From the IMG/VR virus record IMGVR_UViG_3300012942_000006, positions 1 to 58,596 of that record: 58,596 nt of DNA. One strand, given 5' to 3'. Both the position numbers and the translations under genes were made by a program. Positions 41,560 to 52,402 of the stretch are shown one piece after another (within the stretch, counting starts at the first letter, position 1; every line of letters begins with the position of its first letter). The notes under the pieces are model-generated. The model worked only from the letters and a program-made list of their open reading frames with translations, was not told the DNA's origin and searched no databases. The DNA is from a virus. Taxonomy: Duplodnaviria; Caudoviricetes.

Positions 41560-41627
41560 ACTTTCTCTCGGCAGAGACCCCGGTGGAAATGTCTGCCGGG
41601 GTCTCTTCACATCTAGGAGGAACTGCA

Positions 41628-41942
41628 GTGGCCACCCCTACCGAAATCGCACTCCTGCGTCAGAAGATCCAGGAGCCCCAGAATGTGGATCCGTACACAG
41701 ACGACTTCTTGTCCAATCTCATCGACCAGTACGGGATGGACTCGGCTGCGGGCCAGGTCTGGGAGGCGAAGGCAGCTTCAGTAGCGAAGCTCGTGGACAT
41801 CTCCGAGGGCGGATCGCAGAGGAAGATGTCACAGGTATTCACGCAGTATTCCACTCTCGCAGACAAGTTCAACAGCAAGAGCGAGGCGGAGAATCCTACG
41901 GAATACACCTCTCCTAGGTCAAGGAAGGCGACAAGGGTCTGA
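41628..41942 (+). CDS. head-to-tail adaptor
   Basis: LRQKIQE...YTDDFL; SAAGQVWEAKAA; position. Confidence 0.7.
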   Translation: MATPTEIALLRQKIQEPQNVDPYTDDFLSNLIDQYGMDSAAGQVWEAKAASVAKLVDISEGGSQRKMSQVFTQYSTLADKFNSKSEAENPTEYTSPRSRKATRV

Positions 41943-42316
41943 TGGACGATGTCGAGCTTGAGATCCAGACCTATCTCACCAACGAGTTCATCTCATGCAA
42001 GCCAACTGTAGTGACGCTTATACCGGTCGTTAAGGAGCGGACTCCGGCCGGAGGCTATCGCAAGGCTGACGGTGCGCCCCGTGTTCCTCAGACATTCCGG
42101 ATCATCGAGACCGGAACAGAGAAGACTCCTCCCCAGGTCAAGCTTCAGGATGGTACGCTGCGAGAGGTGGCGTTTTGGCTTCTGGGAGACCCCGGAGTCA
42201 TTGTGGCCAAGGACGACCACTGGGAGAGCGAGGACGGGCGCCAGTGGCGCGTTGCTGACATCGTTCGCAGCAACATCTACGAGGTCCGAGCTGTGGTCGT
42301 GGAGGATGGCGACTGA
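41942..42316 (+). CDS. head-to-tail stopper
   Basis: Position and size. Confidence 0.6.
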   Translation: MDDVELEIQTYLTNEFISCKPTVVTLIPVVKERTPAGGYRKADGAPRVPQTFRIIETGTEKTPPQVKLQDGTLREVAFWLLGDPGVIVAKDDHWESEDGRQWRVADIVRSNIYEVRAVVVEDGD

Positions 42317-42705
42317 TGCCGTCAACCAAATTCGGATTCCGGTGGAACTACGACCAGATCAGACCGAGCCTCAAGGATGGCCCCCAGAAGGGTAAGGCGT
42401 ATCTGGCACGCATTACCACCTACCATGCTCGACGGTCTGAAGAGCTGGCTCGTGTTCAGGCGCGCTGGCGAGACCGCACGGGCAACGCAAGGTCAGGGTT
42501 GGCTGCGCAGGCGAACAATCGATCCGCTAGCAACTGGCACTTCGAGTTCACGCTCTATCACCAAGTCACCTATGGCATCTGGCTCGAGATTCGATGGGGC
42601 GGTAAATGGGGAATCATTCGTCCCACGCTCAAGCAAATCGCTCCAGAATACTGGTCTGATGCAACCGAAGTTCTTGACCGGATGTTCAAAGGAGGAATGC
42701 TCTGA
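42316..42705 (+). CDS. HK97 gp10-like neck protein
   Basis: WRDRTGNARSGL...YGIWLE...IIRPT. Confidence 0.7.
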   Translation: MPSTKFGFRWNYDQIRPSLKDGPQKGKAYLARITTYHARRSEELARVQARWRDRTGNARSGLAAQANNRSASNWHFEFTLYHQVTYGIWLEIRWGGKWGIIRPTLKQIAPEYWSDATEVLDRMFKGGML

Positions 42706-43148
42706 TGGCTGACGACATCAACCCTAAAACTCTAACTACTCGAGAGCGGATCTCGTATTTCTTGAACAACCACGAGAATCTTCTGACTCTCGGTCTTCCG
42801 GAGGATGCTGTTCTGCAAGCTGATACAGCGTCATCTCCGACATTCCGACCATTCATCGTGATTCGCTGGCTCGATGTCGCAGGGAAAGTAGGACCCGTGA
42901 GCAAGCGCCCATTCGAATTGTGGGGCTATGATGACGACGGAGACTACACTCGCATTGAGGCGATCCTCAAGGAGGCTGCCAGTCTTCTAACAGACAGCAC
43001 GACAACTCCAATGTTGACGAAGAGTGGCTGCATTTCTCAGATAACCGATTCTGAGACAGGATATGGACAGGGCTCTGATCTATTCGACGAGGGCTACAAT
43101 GCCGTCGTGATCCCCTGGCGGTTTGCAGCCATCGCGACGGGCTTGTGA
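42705..43148 (+). CDS. tail terminator
   Basis: RPFIVIRW; position. Confidence 0.6.
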   Translation: MADDINPKTLTTRERISYFLNNHENLLTLGLPEDAVLQADTASSPTFRPFIVIRWLDVAGKVGPVSKRPFELWGYDDDGDYTRIEAILKEAASLLTDSTTTPMLTKSGCISQITDSETGYGQGSDLFDEGYNAVVIPWRFAAIATGL

Positions 43149-43197
43149 TCCGGTAGACTTCTCCTGCGTGAATACCAACACGAAAGGAGAGCCCATC

Positions 43198-43563
43198 GTG
43201 GCCAATACCAAGACCGACACGAGCACCCCTGGTGAGGCTGTCGGCACAGACGCTCCGGCGGCTGCGGGCAGCCCGGAGCCAGGGACGGGCACCGTCGTCC
43301 CGAACGACGCGGGAGACGTCAACGCTCCTGCGAAGACGGAGGAGTCGGTGGACTTCTCGAAGATCACCGGCATCAAGTATGTCGGCCCGTACGACGTGCG
43401 AGTTCTGACGGCTGAGGACCTGCGCACTCTCGGAGCCAACACTCTGCAGAGCGAGGATGACGTCGTCTGGGATCGCAGCAACGGCAAGACCGTCGCGAAG
43501 ACCGATCTGAGCGCCGAGACCGTCACGGCTCTGCTCAGGCTGCCGGAGTTCAAGGCCGTCTGA
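43198..43563 (+). CDS. hypothetical virion-region protein
   Basis: SD AAAGGAG; own -10 element at 43154. Confidence 0.65.
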   Translation: MANTKTDTSTPGEAVGTDAPAAAGSPEPGTGTVVPNDAGDVNAPAKTEESVDFSKITGIKYVGPYDVRVLTAEDLRTLGANTLQSEDDVVWDRSNGKTVAKTDLSAETVTALLRLPEFKAV

Positions 43564-43757
43564 TGCCCCACGATCTTCGCTGTGGCTCGAAGAAGCATGC
43601 AGTCCTCTCGCCTGGGGAATATCTCGAGGTCAAGTGCGACAGTAGGTTCTGCGGGGCTCGGCGAGGAACGGTCGTCTTGCACCGGTTCGACCTCGAAACG
43701 GGCGAGATGATCAAGACAATCCAGTTCAAGAATCCTGAAAGGAACATCAATGCCTGA
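43563..43757 (+). CDS. small Cys/His protein
   Basis: LRCGSKKH...VKCDSRFC. Confidence 0.6.
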   Translation: MPHDLRCGSKKHAVLSPGEYLEVKCDSRFCGARRGTVVLHRFDLETGEMIKTIQFKNPERNINA

Positions 43758-44304
43758 TGCAGATCTGCCGTATGGCATCCGCGACATCAAGCTGACTCCC
43801 TACACGGACGCGGCTGGGACGATCCTGGACACCGTTTCGGTCGACCTCCCCTACGCCAGGACGCTGTCCTGGACGGAGAAGGAAGACTTCAGCGAGCTTC
43901 GTGGTGACGACCGCACGGTCGCGCAGCACGGTTCGGGTCCGACCGTCGAGTTCGAGTTCGAGTCGGGTGGTATCCCGTTCGCAGCCTTCAAGGTGATGGC
44001 CGGTGGTACTGTGACGTCGACGGGAACCGAGGGTACTGGCAAGCGCGTCTACTCCAAGAAGTCGACCGACCAGCGCCCGTACTTCCGCGCAGAGGGGCAG
44101 GCGATCTCCGACTCCGGCGGAGACGTGCACTGCATCCTCTACAAGTGCAAGTGCACCGACGACCTGAGCGGTGAGTTCACCGATGGTGACTTCTTCCTCA
44201 CGTCTGCCAAGGGCGTCGGAATCGGCGACGCGAACGACAACCTCTACGACTTCGTCTCGAACGATGTCGCGACGGCGTTCGTCGAGCCGAACCCCGGCAC
44301 CTAG
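43750..44304 (+). CDS. major tail protein
   Basis: YGIRDIKL, ELRGDD, RPYF; directly before the chaperones and tape measure gene. Confidence 0.8.
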   Translation: MPDADLPYGIRDIKLTPYTDAAGTILDTVSVDLPYARTLSWTEKEDFSELRGDDRTVAQHGSGPTVEFEFESGGIPFAAFKVMAGGTVTSTGTEGTGKRVYSKKSTDQRPYFRAEGQAISDSGGDVHCILYKCKCTDDLSGEFTDGDFFLTSAKGVGIGDANDNLYDFVSNDVATAFVEPNPGT

Positions 44305-44341
44305 TAACATCCACAAGTAGCGATAGAAAAGGAGCACAAGG

Positions 44342-44932
44342 ATGCCCGCTACGACCTCAGGCAAGAAGAGCAAGGTCCCCCAGGACCACAAGAAGAAGCC
44401 CAACGGCTTCGGCAAGAAGCAGACCTTCACCGTGACCGTCCCCTCCGGCAACCAGGTCGAGCTCAAGCGCCCCGGTCTGCAGGGGCTAATCAAGGCTGGA
44501 ATTCTGGAGTCGTTCGATCAGCTGACGGCCATCGTGCAGGGTGAAGTCATCCCCAAGGCCGAAGGCAAGCCAGTCGTCAACTCCGACATGGTCAAGGAGA
44601 TCGCCCGCGACCCACAGAAGCTTCGCGACGTGACCGACATGATGGACCGTGTCGTCAAGTATGTCGTGTCTGACCCGAAGCTCTACGATCCGATCAAGCT
44701 CGACGACGACCTCAAGCCCATCCTCGACGACGACGGGAAGACCATCCCTGTCATCGACGACGAAGATCGCCGCGACGACGTGGCATACATCGACTGGGTC
44801 AGTGATGAGGACAAGGGCTTCATCATGAACTTCGCCATGGGAGGTTCAGAAGACCTCAATCGATTTCGTGAGGAATCCGAGGCAGCTCTGGCAAACGTAC
44901 CAGATGGCGAATCAGCTGCGGATCCGTCCTAG
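44342..44932 (+). CDS. tail assembly chaperone (gpG)
   Basis: Between major tail and tape measure genes. Confidence 0.8.
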   Translation: MPATTSGKKSKVPQDHKKKPNGFGKKQTFTVTVPSGNQVELKRPGLQGLIKAGILESFDQLTAIVQGEVIPKAEGKPVVNSDMVKEIARDPQKLRDVTDMMDRVVKYVVSDPKLYDPIKLDDDLKPILDDDGKTIPVIDDEDRRDDVAYIDWVSDEDKGFIMNFAMGGSEDLNRFREESEAALANVPDGESAADPS

Positions 44933-45173
44933 CGATCTGTATCAACTTGATGACGAGGTAGAGGCGTGGTGTTTCGACAGAGCCGTGTTGACCTTCGGGA
45001 ACGCTCTGTCGAACAAACTCCAATTAGTCTCAAGGGCTGCCAAAAAGCAGAAAGAAGCCGACCAGAAGATAGCTCGAGAGCTGAATCGGTGGCTCACCTG
45101 CATGGACGATCCGACGCAGATTCGCGGACGCTTTCGCGATCCGATGTCAGCAATCCGACAGCGCAAGGGATAG
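44865..45173 (+). CDS. tail assembly chaperone gpGT extension via putative +1 frameshift
   Basis: Overlapping +1 frame opening at CGA-TTT-CGT (44861-44869); AWCFDRAV motif. Confidence 0.7.
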   Translation, partial: FVRNPRQLWQTYQMANQLRIRPSDLYQLDDEVEAWCFDRAVLTFGNALSNKLQLVSRAAKKQKEADQKIARELNRWLTCMDDPTQIRGRFRDPMSAIRQRKG

Positions 45174-45182
45174 GAGCCCACG

Positions 45183-48100
45183 ATGGCGGGCGGTGACCTG
45201 GGTACCGCTCGCGGTACTGTTATCATCGATGGTGACACCAGCGGTCTAGATGGTACCAGTGAAGAAATCGATAAGTTCGGAAAGAAAGCTGCTAAGACCG
45301 GAGACGACACCTCTGCAGCTCTTCGCAAGGTAAGTAACACCTCTGCAGTCGCGGGTGGTGCGATAGTCGCCGGATTCGCGCTGGCTGTTAAGACGGCTTC
45401 TGACTTCCAGAAGGAGCTGTCTGGCATCCAGGCGGTATCTGGCGCTACCGCAGATCAGATGGATCTGATCAACAAGGCTGCACTTCGGATCGGCAAGGAC
45501 ACAGCATTCTCGGCTTCCGAGGCTGCGCAGGCGATGTCCGAGCTGGCCAAGGCTGGCGTATCGATCCCCGATATCCTCAACGGCGCGGCCGATGCCACCG
45601 TCGCCCTCGCAGCTGCAGGTGGAGTTGACCTGCCGGAGGCTGCGACCATCGCGTCCAACGCGATGAACCAGTTCAAGCTGTCGGCTAGCGATCTACCGCA
45701 CGTTGCGGATCTGATTGCGGGCGCTGCCAATGCATCGGCTATCGACGTTAGTCAGTTCGGCTACTCGTTGTCGCAGGTCGGGGCTGTGGCCAAACTCGCC
45801 GGTGCATCCTTCGGAGACACGGCTACGGCGATCGCCCTGATGGGCAACGCTGGCATCGTAGGCTCCGATGCCGGTACTTCCCTCAAGTCCATGCTCCAGC
45901 GTCTGAATCCTCAGACGAAGGAAGCTGCAGACCTGATGAAAAAGCTTGGTATCGTTACTGAGGACGGCACCAACAGGTTCTACGATCAGAACGGCTCTCT
46001 TAGGTCTCTGGCGGACGTTTCGCAGGTTCTGCAGGACTCTCTTGCTGGCATGACCGATCAGCAGAAGCAAGCGACACTGACTGTCCTGTTCGGACAGGAC
46101 GCAATTCGAGGCGCAGCAATCCTATCCGAGCAGGGCGCGGCGGGGTTCGACAAGATGGCTGCGTCCATGGGGAAGGTCTCGGCTGCTGACGTCGCCAAGA
46201 CTCGAATGGACAACCTTGCAGGTGCTACCGAGCAACTCAAGGGATCGATCGAGACTCTCCAAATCGGTATCGGAGAGGCATTCATTCCGGTTCTCCAGAA
46301 CATGGTCAACTGGATCAACGATGTTGTCGGAGCAATTCTCGAGCTCCCATCCTGGTTTGTTACCACTGCATCTGTCGTTGGCCTGGCAGGCGGAGCCCTC
46401 CTGCTCTTCCTCGGCATCGCAGGACGAGTCGTCGGTGGGATCGCAGAGCTGAACACAGCATTCATGATCCTTACCGGAACGACTCGCATCTTCTCCAAAG
46501 AGGGCGCGATCGCTACCAGCGTTACCAAGCTACTCACTGCGGCTCAGGCTGCTTTGAACTTCGTCCTGAAGGAGAACCCCTGGATCGCGATCGTATCGAT
46601 CATCCTCGGCGTCATCGCAGCCGTACTGTCGATGACGGATTCGTGGAAGGACCTCAAGAAGGTCTTCGCCCCGGTCGCTGACGCCTTCGGCAAGGCTCTG
46701 ACGCAGATTGCTAAGGCGCTGCAGCCTCTGATGACGATGTTCGCAAATCTGTACAAGTCTCTGGCGAAGCAGATTGCGCCGGTCTTCAAGGAGCTTGCGG
46801 ATGCGCTACTTCCGCCGATCATGGCTCTGTTCAAGGCGCTGTCTCCGATCCTGCAGATAATCGTAGAGCTTCTCGCCGATGTACTGGCTCCGGCTCTGGC
46901 TCTTCTGGCGCCCTTGTTCCAGGTCATCGGGGACATCATCGTCGTCTTGATGAAGATTCTCGAGCCATTCATCGACCTGCTCTCAGCCATACTGACTCCT
47001 ATTCTGAATGGGGTAGCCTGGGTCCTGCAGATTGTCGCAGATGCGATTGAATGGTTCGGAAACCAGGTCGGCAAGTGGTTCGGCTCCGAAATGCCAAAGG
47101 TGATGCAGGCCTTCGGCAAGGTCTGGGACAATCTCTACAACAACTACATCAAGCCGTTCTGGGACAACTTGATGAAGCTGATCCAGCCGATCGTGGACTG
47201 GTTTACTAACACTGTAGTTCCTGCCATGAAGAAGGGCATCGAGATCCTCAGAGATGCCTGGGACGCCGACACCAAGGCGATGGGCGTTGTCTGGCAGAAT
47301 CTTCAGAAGGCGCTTAAGCCAATTGTTGACTGGTATACAGACAACTTCATCACCCCGTTGAAAAACGGCGGGCAGGACATCAAGAATGGCATGGTCGACT
47401 ATGCCAAGGGCTCTGCGGACGCGTGGAACGGATTTGTAACAGCAATCAAGCCTGTAGTCGACTGGTATGTCAACTCATTCATCAACCCGATCATCAATGC
47501 CGGAAAGGCTGTTGAAGACTTCATCGGGACCTTCGTCAAGAAGTTCGATGATATCAAGACTGGCGTTGAGAACGCTCTGCAGCCTGCTGGTAAGGCATGG
47601 GACGATTTCAAGGGTAAGATTCAGGACGCTAAGGATCGCATCGAGCAGGCCATACAGCCTCTGGTCGATCGGTTCGACAATATGCGAGACCGAATCTCTG
47701 GTGCAATCCAGACCATGCAGGATCGCATCCAGCCAATCGTCGACAAGTTCCGCGGAATGTGGGAGGATCTTCAGGCGAAGCTCGGCCCTATTATCGACAA
47801 GCTCAAGGATCTGTTCGACAAGATCGGCGACGCGATCAGGAAGGCGCTGGGAGACGACGGAGATCCTGCCGCGGGTGCTGGCGGTGGAGGATCTGGTGGC
47901 GGTCCGAAGAAGTCTCGGTCCGAGATCATCCTCGATCTCCTGGGAAGGCTTCTAGACTTCTTCGTCAGTGGCGGCGGCAATCTGCTCATTGGAGCACTTG
48001 AGGTATTTGCCGGAGCCCTCGAGATTGCTGCGAACGCAATTATCGTAATGGCCAAGGCTTTGCAGTGGGCCTGGGACAACGTACTGAACCCGATCATCAC

Positions 48101-48800
48101 AGTGTTCGCTGCTGTCATCACTTGGCTATGGCAGAATATTGTTATTCCGGCCACGACCGGAATCGCTACGGCATTCAAGTGGATGTCGGACCAGATTCAG
48201 AAGGTCGTCGGACCGGTTGTCCAGTGGGTCAAAGATCAGATGGGCTCCTGGGCAGAGATCGAGAATACGGTCTCTACTATCTTCACAAACGTCGTCAACT
48301 TCATCAAAGATCCATTCGGAGGAATCAGGCAATTCTTCGAGCAGAAGAAGGATGAGATCAAGGGTGTCTTCAGCGACGCAAAGTCGTGGCTTGTGCAAGC
48401 TGGTAAAGACATCATCACTGGTCTGATCAATGGTCTCGACATGATGACCGGTGGTCTTGTGTCTAAGCTCGGGCACATCACCGGCCTGATCCCGAAGAAC
48501 AAGGGTCCGGAAGCAGTTGACAAGGTTCTACTGCAGCCCAATGGTGAGATGATCATGAAAGGCCTACTCAATGGCATGCAGTCGCAAGTGGGAAGCATGT
48601 TTGGCTTCCTGAATGGACTTACATCTTCTATTCCAGCAGCGCTCCAGGCCGACATCAACAGCCAAGTGTTCGGAGCGAACGCATCTGGCAACTCCAGAAC
48701 TATCATTTACAATGCTGCCCCTGGATCTGGCCAGATTGACGGGGAGCAAGATCTCTTCTCCAGCATGCGCAGAGCTAAGGTGGTGGTCCCCGGATGGTAA
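45183..48800 (+). CDS. tape measure protein
   Basis: 1205 aa; TP901-type core (AGTSLKSML); Trp-periodic amphipathic repeats. Confidence 0.93.
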   Translation: MAGGDLGTARGTVIIDGDTSGLDGTSEEIDKFGKKAAKTGDDTSAALRKVSNTSAVAGGAIVAGFALAVKTASDFQKELSGIQAVSGATADQMDLINKAALRIGKDTAFSASEAAQAMSELAKAGVSIPDILNGAADATVALAAAGGVDLPEAATIASNAMNQFKLSASDLPHVADLIAGAANASAIDVSQFGYSLSQVGAVAKLAGASFGDTATAIALMGNAGIVGSDAGTSLKSMLQRLNPQTKEAADLMKKLGIVTEDGTNRFYDQNGSLRSLADVSQVLQDSLAGMTDQQKQATLTVLFGQDAIRGAAILSEQGAAGFDKMAASMGKVSAADVAKTRMDNLAGATEQLKGSIETLQIGIGEAFIPVLQNMVNWINDVVGAILELPSWFVTTASVVGLAGGALLLFLGIAGRVVGGIAELNTAFMILTGTTRIFSKEGAIATSVTKLLTAAQAALNFVLKENPWIAIVSIILGVIAAVLSMTDSWKDLKKVFAPVADAFGKALTQIAKALQPLMTMFANLYKSLAKQIAPVFKELADALLPPIMALFKALSPILQIIVELLADVLAPALALLAPLFQVIGDIIVVLMKILEPFIDLLSAILTPILNGVAWVLQIVADAIEWFGNQVGKWFGSEMPKVMQAFGKVWDNLYNNYIKPFWDNLMKLIQPIVDWFTNTVVPAMKKGIEILRDAWDADTKAMGVVWQNLQKALKPIVDWYTDNFITPLKNGGQDIKNGMVDYAKGSADAWNGFVTAIKPVVDWYVNSFINPIINAGKAVEDFIGTFVKKFDDIKTGVENALQPAGKAWDDFKGKIQDAKDRIEQAIQPLVDRFDNMRDRISGAIQTMQDRIQPIVDKFRGMWEDLQAKLGPIIDKLKDLFDKIGDAIRKALGDDGDPAAGAGGGGSGGGPKKSRSEIILDLLGRLLDFFVSGGGNLLIGALEVFAGALEIAANAIIVMAKALQWAWDNVLNPIITVFAAVITWLWQNIVIPATTGIATAFKWMSDQIQKVVGPVVQWVKDQMGSWAEIENTVSTIFTNVVNFIKDPFGGIRQFFEQKKDEIKGVFSDAKSWLVQAGKDIITGLINGLDMMTGGLVSKLGHITGLIPKNKGPEAVDKVLLQPNGEMIMKGLLNGMQSQVGSMFGFLNGLTSSIPAALQADINSQVFGANASGNSRTIIYNAAPGSGQIDGEQDLFSSMRRAKVVVPGW

Positions 48801-49681
48801 CACTCGCAACGCAGAACGCTCTGCAGTGGACATTCGAGAACGGCGGAGATGTCATTCCGCTCCAGAACGTCGTCGCGAAGGATTTCTTCAAGGCCGAGGG
48901 TCGTTCTGGATTCGGTGTGTCCCCGACGAAGCTCATCACTCGCGACGGAGCTTCAGGAGGTACGCGCTGGCGTAGGACTCGGCGAGGCGCTCGCAGCATT
49001 GCGCTCCCGATTGACATCATCGGAGACAATCGACAGGACATCGAGGACAAGCAGCGTCAGCTGGTACGACTGCTGCAGGACGACGTGACGTCTCCTCGTC
49101 TCGTCGCGAGATATCCCAATGCAGAGCGATTCTATACGGAGATCCACTATTCCGGAGGTGCAGATCCGGTATACGGGCAGGATACTGACGGACGGACACA
49201 CAGCCTCTGGTCTCTGAGTCTTCTGGCTCCCGACCCATACTGGACGTCTGAAACGCAGATCACATACTCGATCGGTCCTGCTAACAGGGGGCACGGCCTG
49301 CTTCCGCATCTCGAGAAGCTTCAGCTGTCGGCCTCGCAGACTATCGGAACCGTTCTGTTTGAGAATCCGGGTGATGTGGCGAGCTATCCAGTATGGACTC
49401 TACGTGGCCCCGGCGACGCAGGATTCAGCGCAAAGCTGCCGGATGGGAGCGGATTCACATTCGAGAGTCCTCTTCTGGCCGACGACGTGATCACGATCAA
49501 CACTCGGGACAAGACAGTCGTCGACCAGGACGGTACAAACCGATACACTGAGTTGGGCACATCTCCGAAGCTGTTCTCGATCCCTAAGGGGAACACTCCA
49601 GTTCAGGTTGAGATGGAGGGAACGTCGCCAGACACCCTGATCTCGGTCTACTTCAATCAGCGCAGAGAGCTCATCTTCTAA
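48794..49681 (+). CDS. distal tail protein (Dit)
   Basis: After the tape measure gene; APDPYW and NPGDVASYP motifs. Confidence 0.8.
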   Translation: MVTLATQNALQWTFENGGDVIPLQNVVAKDFFKAEGRSGFGVSPTKLITRDGASGGTRWRRTRRGARSIALPIDIIGDNRQDIEDKQRQLVRLLQDDVTSPRLVARYPNAERFYTEIHYSGGADPVYGQDTDGRTHSLWSLSLLAPDPYWTSETQITYSIGPANRGHGLLPHLEKLQLSASQTIGTVLFENPGDVASYPVWTLRGPGDAGFSAKLPDGSGFTFESPLLADDVITINTRDKTVVDQDGTNRYTELGTSPKLFSIPKGNTPVQVEMEGTSPDTLISVYFNQRRELIF

Positions 49682-52155
49682 TGGATCCCGAAGACATCGT
49701 AATTGAGATTAGATCTGGTCTCGGTAAGATCGGGCAGATCTCGATGGACGACGTGAACGACCTGAAGCTGAACAAGCGCTTCAACAATGTAGGATCTTGG
49801 TCGCTCACGCTGCCTGCTGAGATCGACGCTGCGCAGAAGCTAGCTCAGCCGGGACGGGGGATCATCGTTACTGGACCGTACAGCGATACGCCTCTGCTGA
49901 CGGGCTCGGTCGTCAACTACACCAAGGATCAGGACACAGACGATCCGATCGGAACGATCACGATCACAGGGTCTGACGACAACAAGCATCTAGCAGATGC
50001 CCTGGCATGGCCAGATCCGACGAATGACGACGTCACGACGCAGGAGTTCTCCAACGACATCCGTACTGGTGTCGCAGAGGACATCATGCGCCAATACGTG
50101 GCATACAACATCGCTGATCCGTATGCAGACGATCCTGACAACCCACACCCTACATGGGGATACAACAGTAGACGCATCGAAGGTCTAACCCTGCAGATTG
50201 TGAATGCGCACCAAGGGGCTGTTGTCACGGGCAATGCTAGGTTCGACCAGCTTGGTAAGCTTCTCAGCGACATCGCGACTCAAGGTGGAGTCGGGTTCGA
50301 CATCGTCCAGGTGTCAGCTCGTCGCAAGGAGCTTCAGATCTACACCCCTGCAGACAAGTCTGGCTTGATCCGTATGGACATCGACAACGACCTGCTTGAG
50401 AAGACTTCCTACGGCTTCGGAGCGCCCACAGCTACGCGCGTTGTAATGGCGGGTCAGGGCGACGGTACTGACAGACAACTTTTGCTCGTTACAAGCCCAT
50501 CTGCTGAGGATGCGGAGGATGCCTGGGGATTCAAGGTAGAGACCTTCAAAGACCGTCGTGACACAAACGATCCCGCCGAGCTAACGCAGGACGGCGAGTC
50601 AGTAGTCGCCGAAAACGGCAAGACGATCACATCGCTGTCTGTCACCCCGTCTGACAACGTCAGCATGGTCTATGGCAGAGACTGGTTCCTGGGTGACATC
50701 GTCAGCGTCGACGTGGATGGTACCCCAATCAAGGCCGTTGTGACAGAGGCGACTATCTCTATCTCCGACGACGGCCTCCTAGTCGCAGCGACTGTCGGAG
50801 ATCCGACTGGATTCGACTACGACTCTCGGATCATTGCTGCGCAGCAGAACCAGGAAACTCGTCTCGCGTTCCTCGAGAAGAACGCTGAAGTCGGACAGAC
50901 CCTCCAGACCGGCATCGTCGACCCTCTTTGGACCGCAGGTCTGCCGCAGGTCACATTCGACGGAGCGAACGGCCCAGTCACGATCTCCGGATGGACCGGC
51001 GAGGGCGGATATCAGCCGAAGCCCGGAGACCACGTCCTAGTAGCGCGCTCTGGGCAGGACTGGTATATCGCCGGTCCAGTCAAGACGTCCATCCCCCTTA
51101 TGAACACTATCCCGCTCACATTCCAGAACGGATGGCAGAACTACGACACTAACTGGCAGCCTGGTGGATTCTCCAAGACGCTAGACGGCATCGTCGCCTT
51201 GTCGGGACTCATCAAGCCGTCGTCTCCATCGTCAGCCCCCGTGTTGACGACGATCTTCAATCTGCCAATCGGTTTCCGCCCGGACTACGATCTAATCTTC
51301 GACACCAACGCTTCCGATACCTGGCGATCTCTGGTTGTGAAGGCCAACGGAGATGTGCAGCTGATCACGAACAACGGCTCGACTACGAACTTCATCAATC
51401 TGGACGGAATCGTGTTCCCTGCCGCAGGGGTGGCTGCGTGGAGCAGCACGGGGATTGCATTCAAGAACAGCTTTACACAACTGACTTCAGGGACGGGCGG
51501 TCTCGCTGGCCTCAACTTTGGACCTGTGCGATACTGGAAAGATGACGCGAACGGCCTCGTGTGGTGGCAGGGGATGCTGATGCATCCTACGTCTGTGACT
51601 GCAGACAACACACAGATGCTCACATTCCCGTCGTCCATTGCAGCAGAGGCGAGAGAGCACCACTTTGCGTCTGAGTCCGACAACGCTTGGGGCGCTGTGG
51701 GTATCAACTCGCAGAATTCGTATGCGTCGCTGAACTGGAAGATCGGGAACCAGACATCGAACACTCAGCTGTCGCTGAACCGAGTCATCTATCCGCAGGC
51801 TGCAAAGATGGATGGATTCGTATATCCCTCGCTTGGATCGGGATGGGTCCAAGGCGCTGGAACGCAGTTTACCGTTCCTGGATATAAGGTCCTCCCCAAT
51901 GGGATGATCTACGTCCAGGGGTTCATCAATAGCGGAACTGTAGCCACATCGTCTAAGATATGGACGCAGCCTGCTGGAACACGCCCGTCGTGGAACACCA
52001 ACGGAAATCCAAATGTTGGAGCCATGTTCAATCGTCCCTCGAACGCAACGACACGAGCGCGCATTCTCGGGGACGGAAACGGCGCATGGTCTGTCGAACA
52101 AGGCAACAACGGCTGGGTGTCGTTCGATGGCATCCTTTACATTCCGAGGTCATGA
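49681..52155 (+). CDS. baseplate hub/minor tail protein (Gp37-like) fused to C-terminal receptor-binding-type repeats
   Basis: RFNNVGSW, YGRDWFLGDIV; three C-terminal beta repeats. Confidence 0.8.
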   Translation: MDPEDIVIEIRSGLGKIGQISMDDVNDLKLNKRFNNVGSWSLTLPAEIDAAQKLAQPGRGIIVTGPYSDTPLLTGSVVNYTKDQDTDDPIGTITITGSDDNKHLADALAWPDPTNDDVTTQEFSNDIRTGVAEDIMRQYVAYNIADPYADDPDNPHPTWGYNSRRIEGLTLQIVNAHQGAVVTGNARFDQLGKLLSDIATQGGVGFDIVQVSARRKELQIYTPADKSGLIRMDIDNDLLEKTSYGFGAPTATRVVMAGQGDGTDRQLLLVTSPSAEDAEDAWGFKVETFKDRRDTNDPAELTQDGESVVAENGKTITSLSVTPSDNVSMVYGRDWFLGDIVSVDVDGTPIKAVVTEATISISDDGLLVAATVGDPTGFDYDSRIIAAQQNQETRLAFLEKNAEVGQTLQTGIVDPLWTAGLPQVTFDGANGPVTISGWTGEGGYQPKPGDHVLVARSGQDWYIAGPVKTSIPLMNTIPLTFQNGWQNYDTNWQPGGFSKTLDGIVALSGLIKPSSPSSAPVLTTIFNLPIGFRPDYDLIFDTNASDTWRSLVVKANGDVQLITNNGSTTNFINLDGIVFPAAGVAAWSSTGIAFKNSFTQLTSGTGGLAGLNFGPVRYWKDDANGLVWWQGMLMHPTSVTADNTQMLTFPSSIAAEAREHHFASESDNAWGAVGINSQNSYASLNWKIGNQTSNTQLSLNRVIYPQAAKMDGFVYPSLGSGWVQGAGTQFTVPGYKVLPNGMIYVQGFINSGTVATSSKIWTQPAGTRPSWNTNGNPNVGAMFNRPSNATTRARILGDGNGAWSVEQGNNGWVSFDGILYIPRS

Positions 52156-52370
52156 TGGATGTTTACAGAAGCACTCAGGAATACAACGCTCTGGAAATGA
52201 CGCCAGAGAATGCTGAAGAGTTGTCATCCTGGGGAATCGACACAACAAACGAGATGAACTACCATCCAGGACTGTGGGTTGTGAAGCAGGACAATACAGG
52301 ACTGATCGTCGCAATACTTGACGAATCGTCATTTACACAGCAGTTCGAGCTGGTCCCCGAGCCAGCGTAA
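52152..52370 (+). CDS. hypothetical protein
   Basis: ATGA overlap; GLWVVKQ...FTQQFE. Confidence 0.55.
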   Translation: MMDVYRSTQEYNALEMTPENAEELSSWGIDTTNEMNYHPGLWVVKQDNTGLIVAILDESSFTQQFELVPEPA

Positions 52371-52402
52371 TCCCGTAGAATTGGTCAGACAAGGAGACAA
52401 CA

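Noticed and set aside
45167-45179. GGGATAGGAGCCC, matching the start-associated sequence I recall from cluster K mycobacteriophages
   Set aside because: Only one copy was noticed and it contains an ordinary SD, so it may be coincidence
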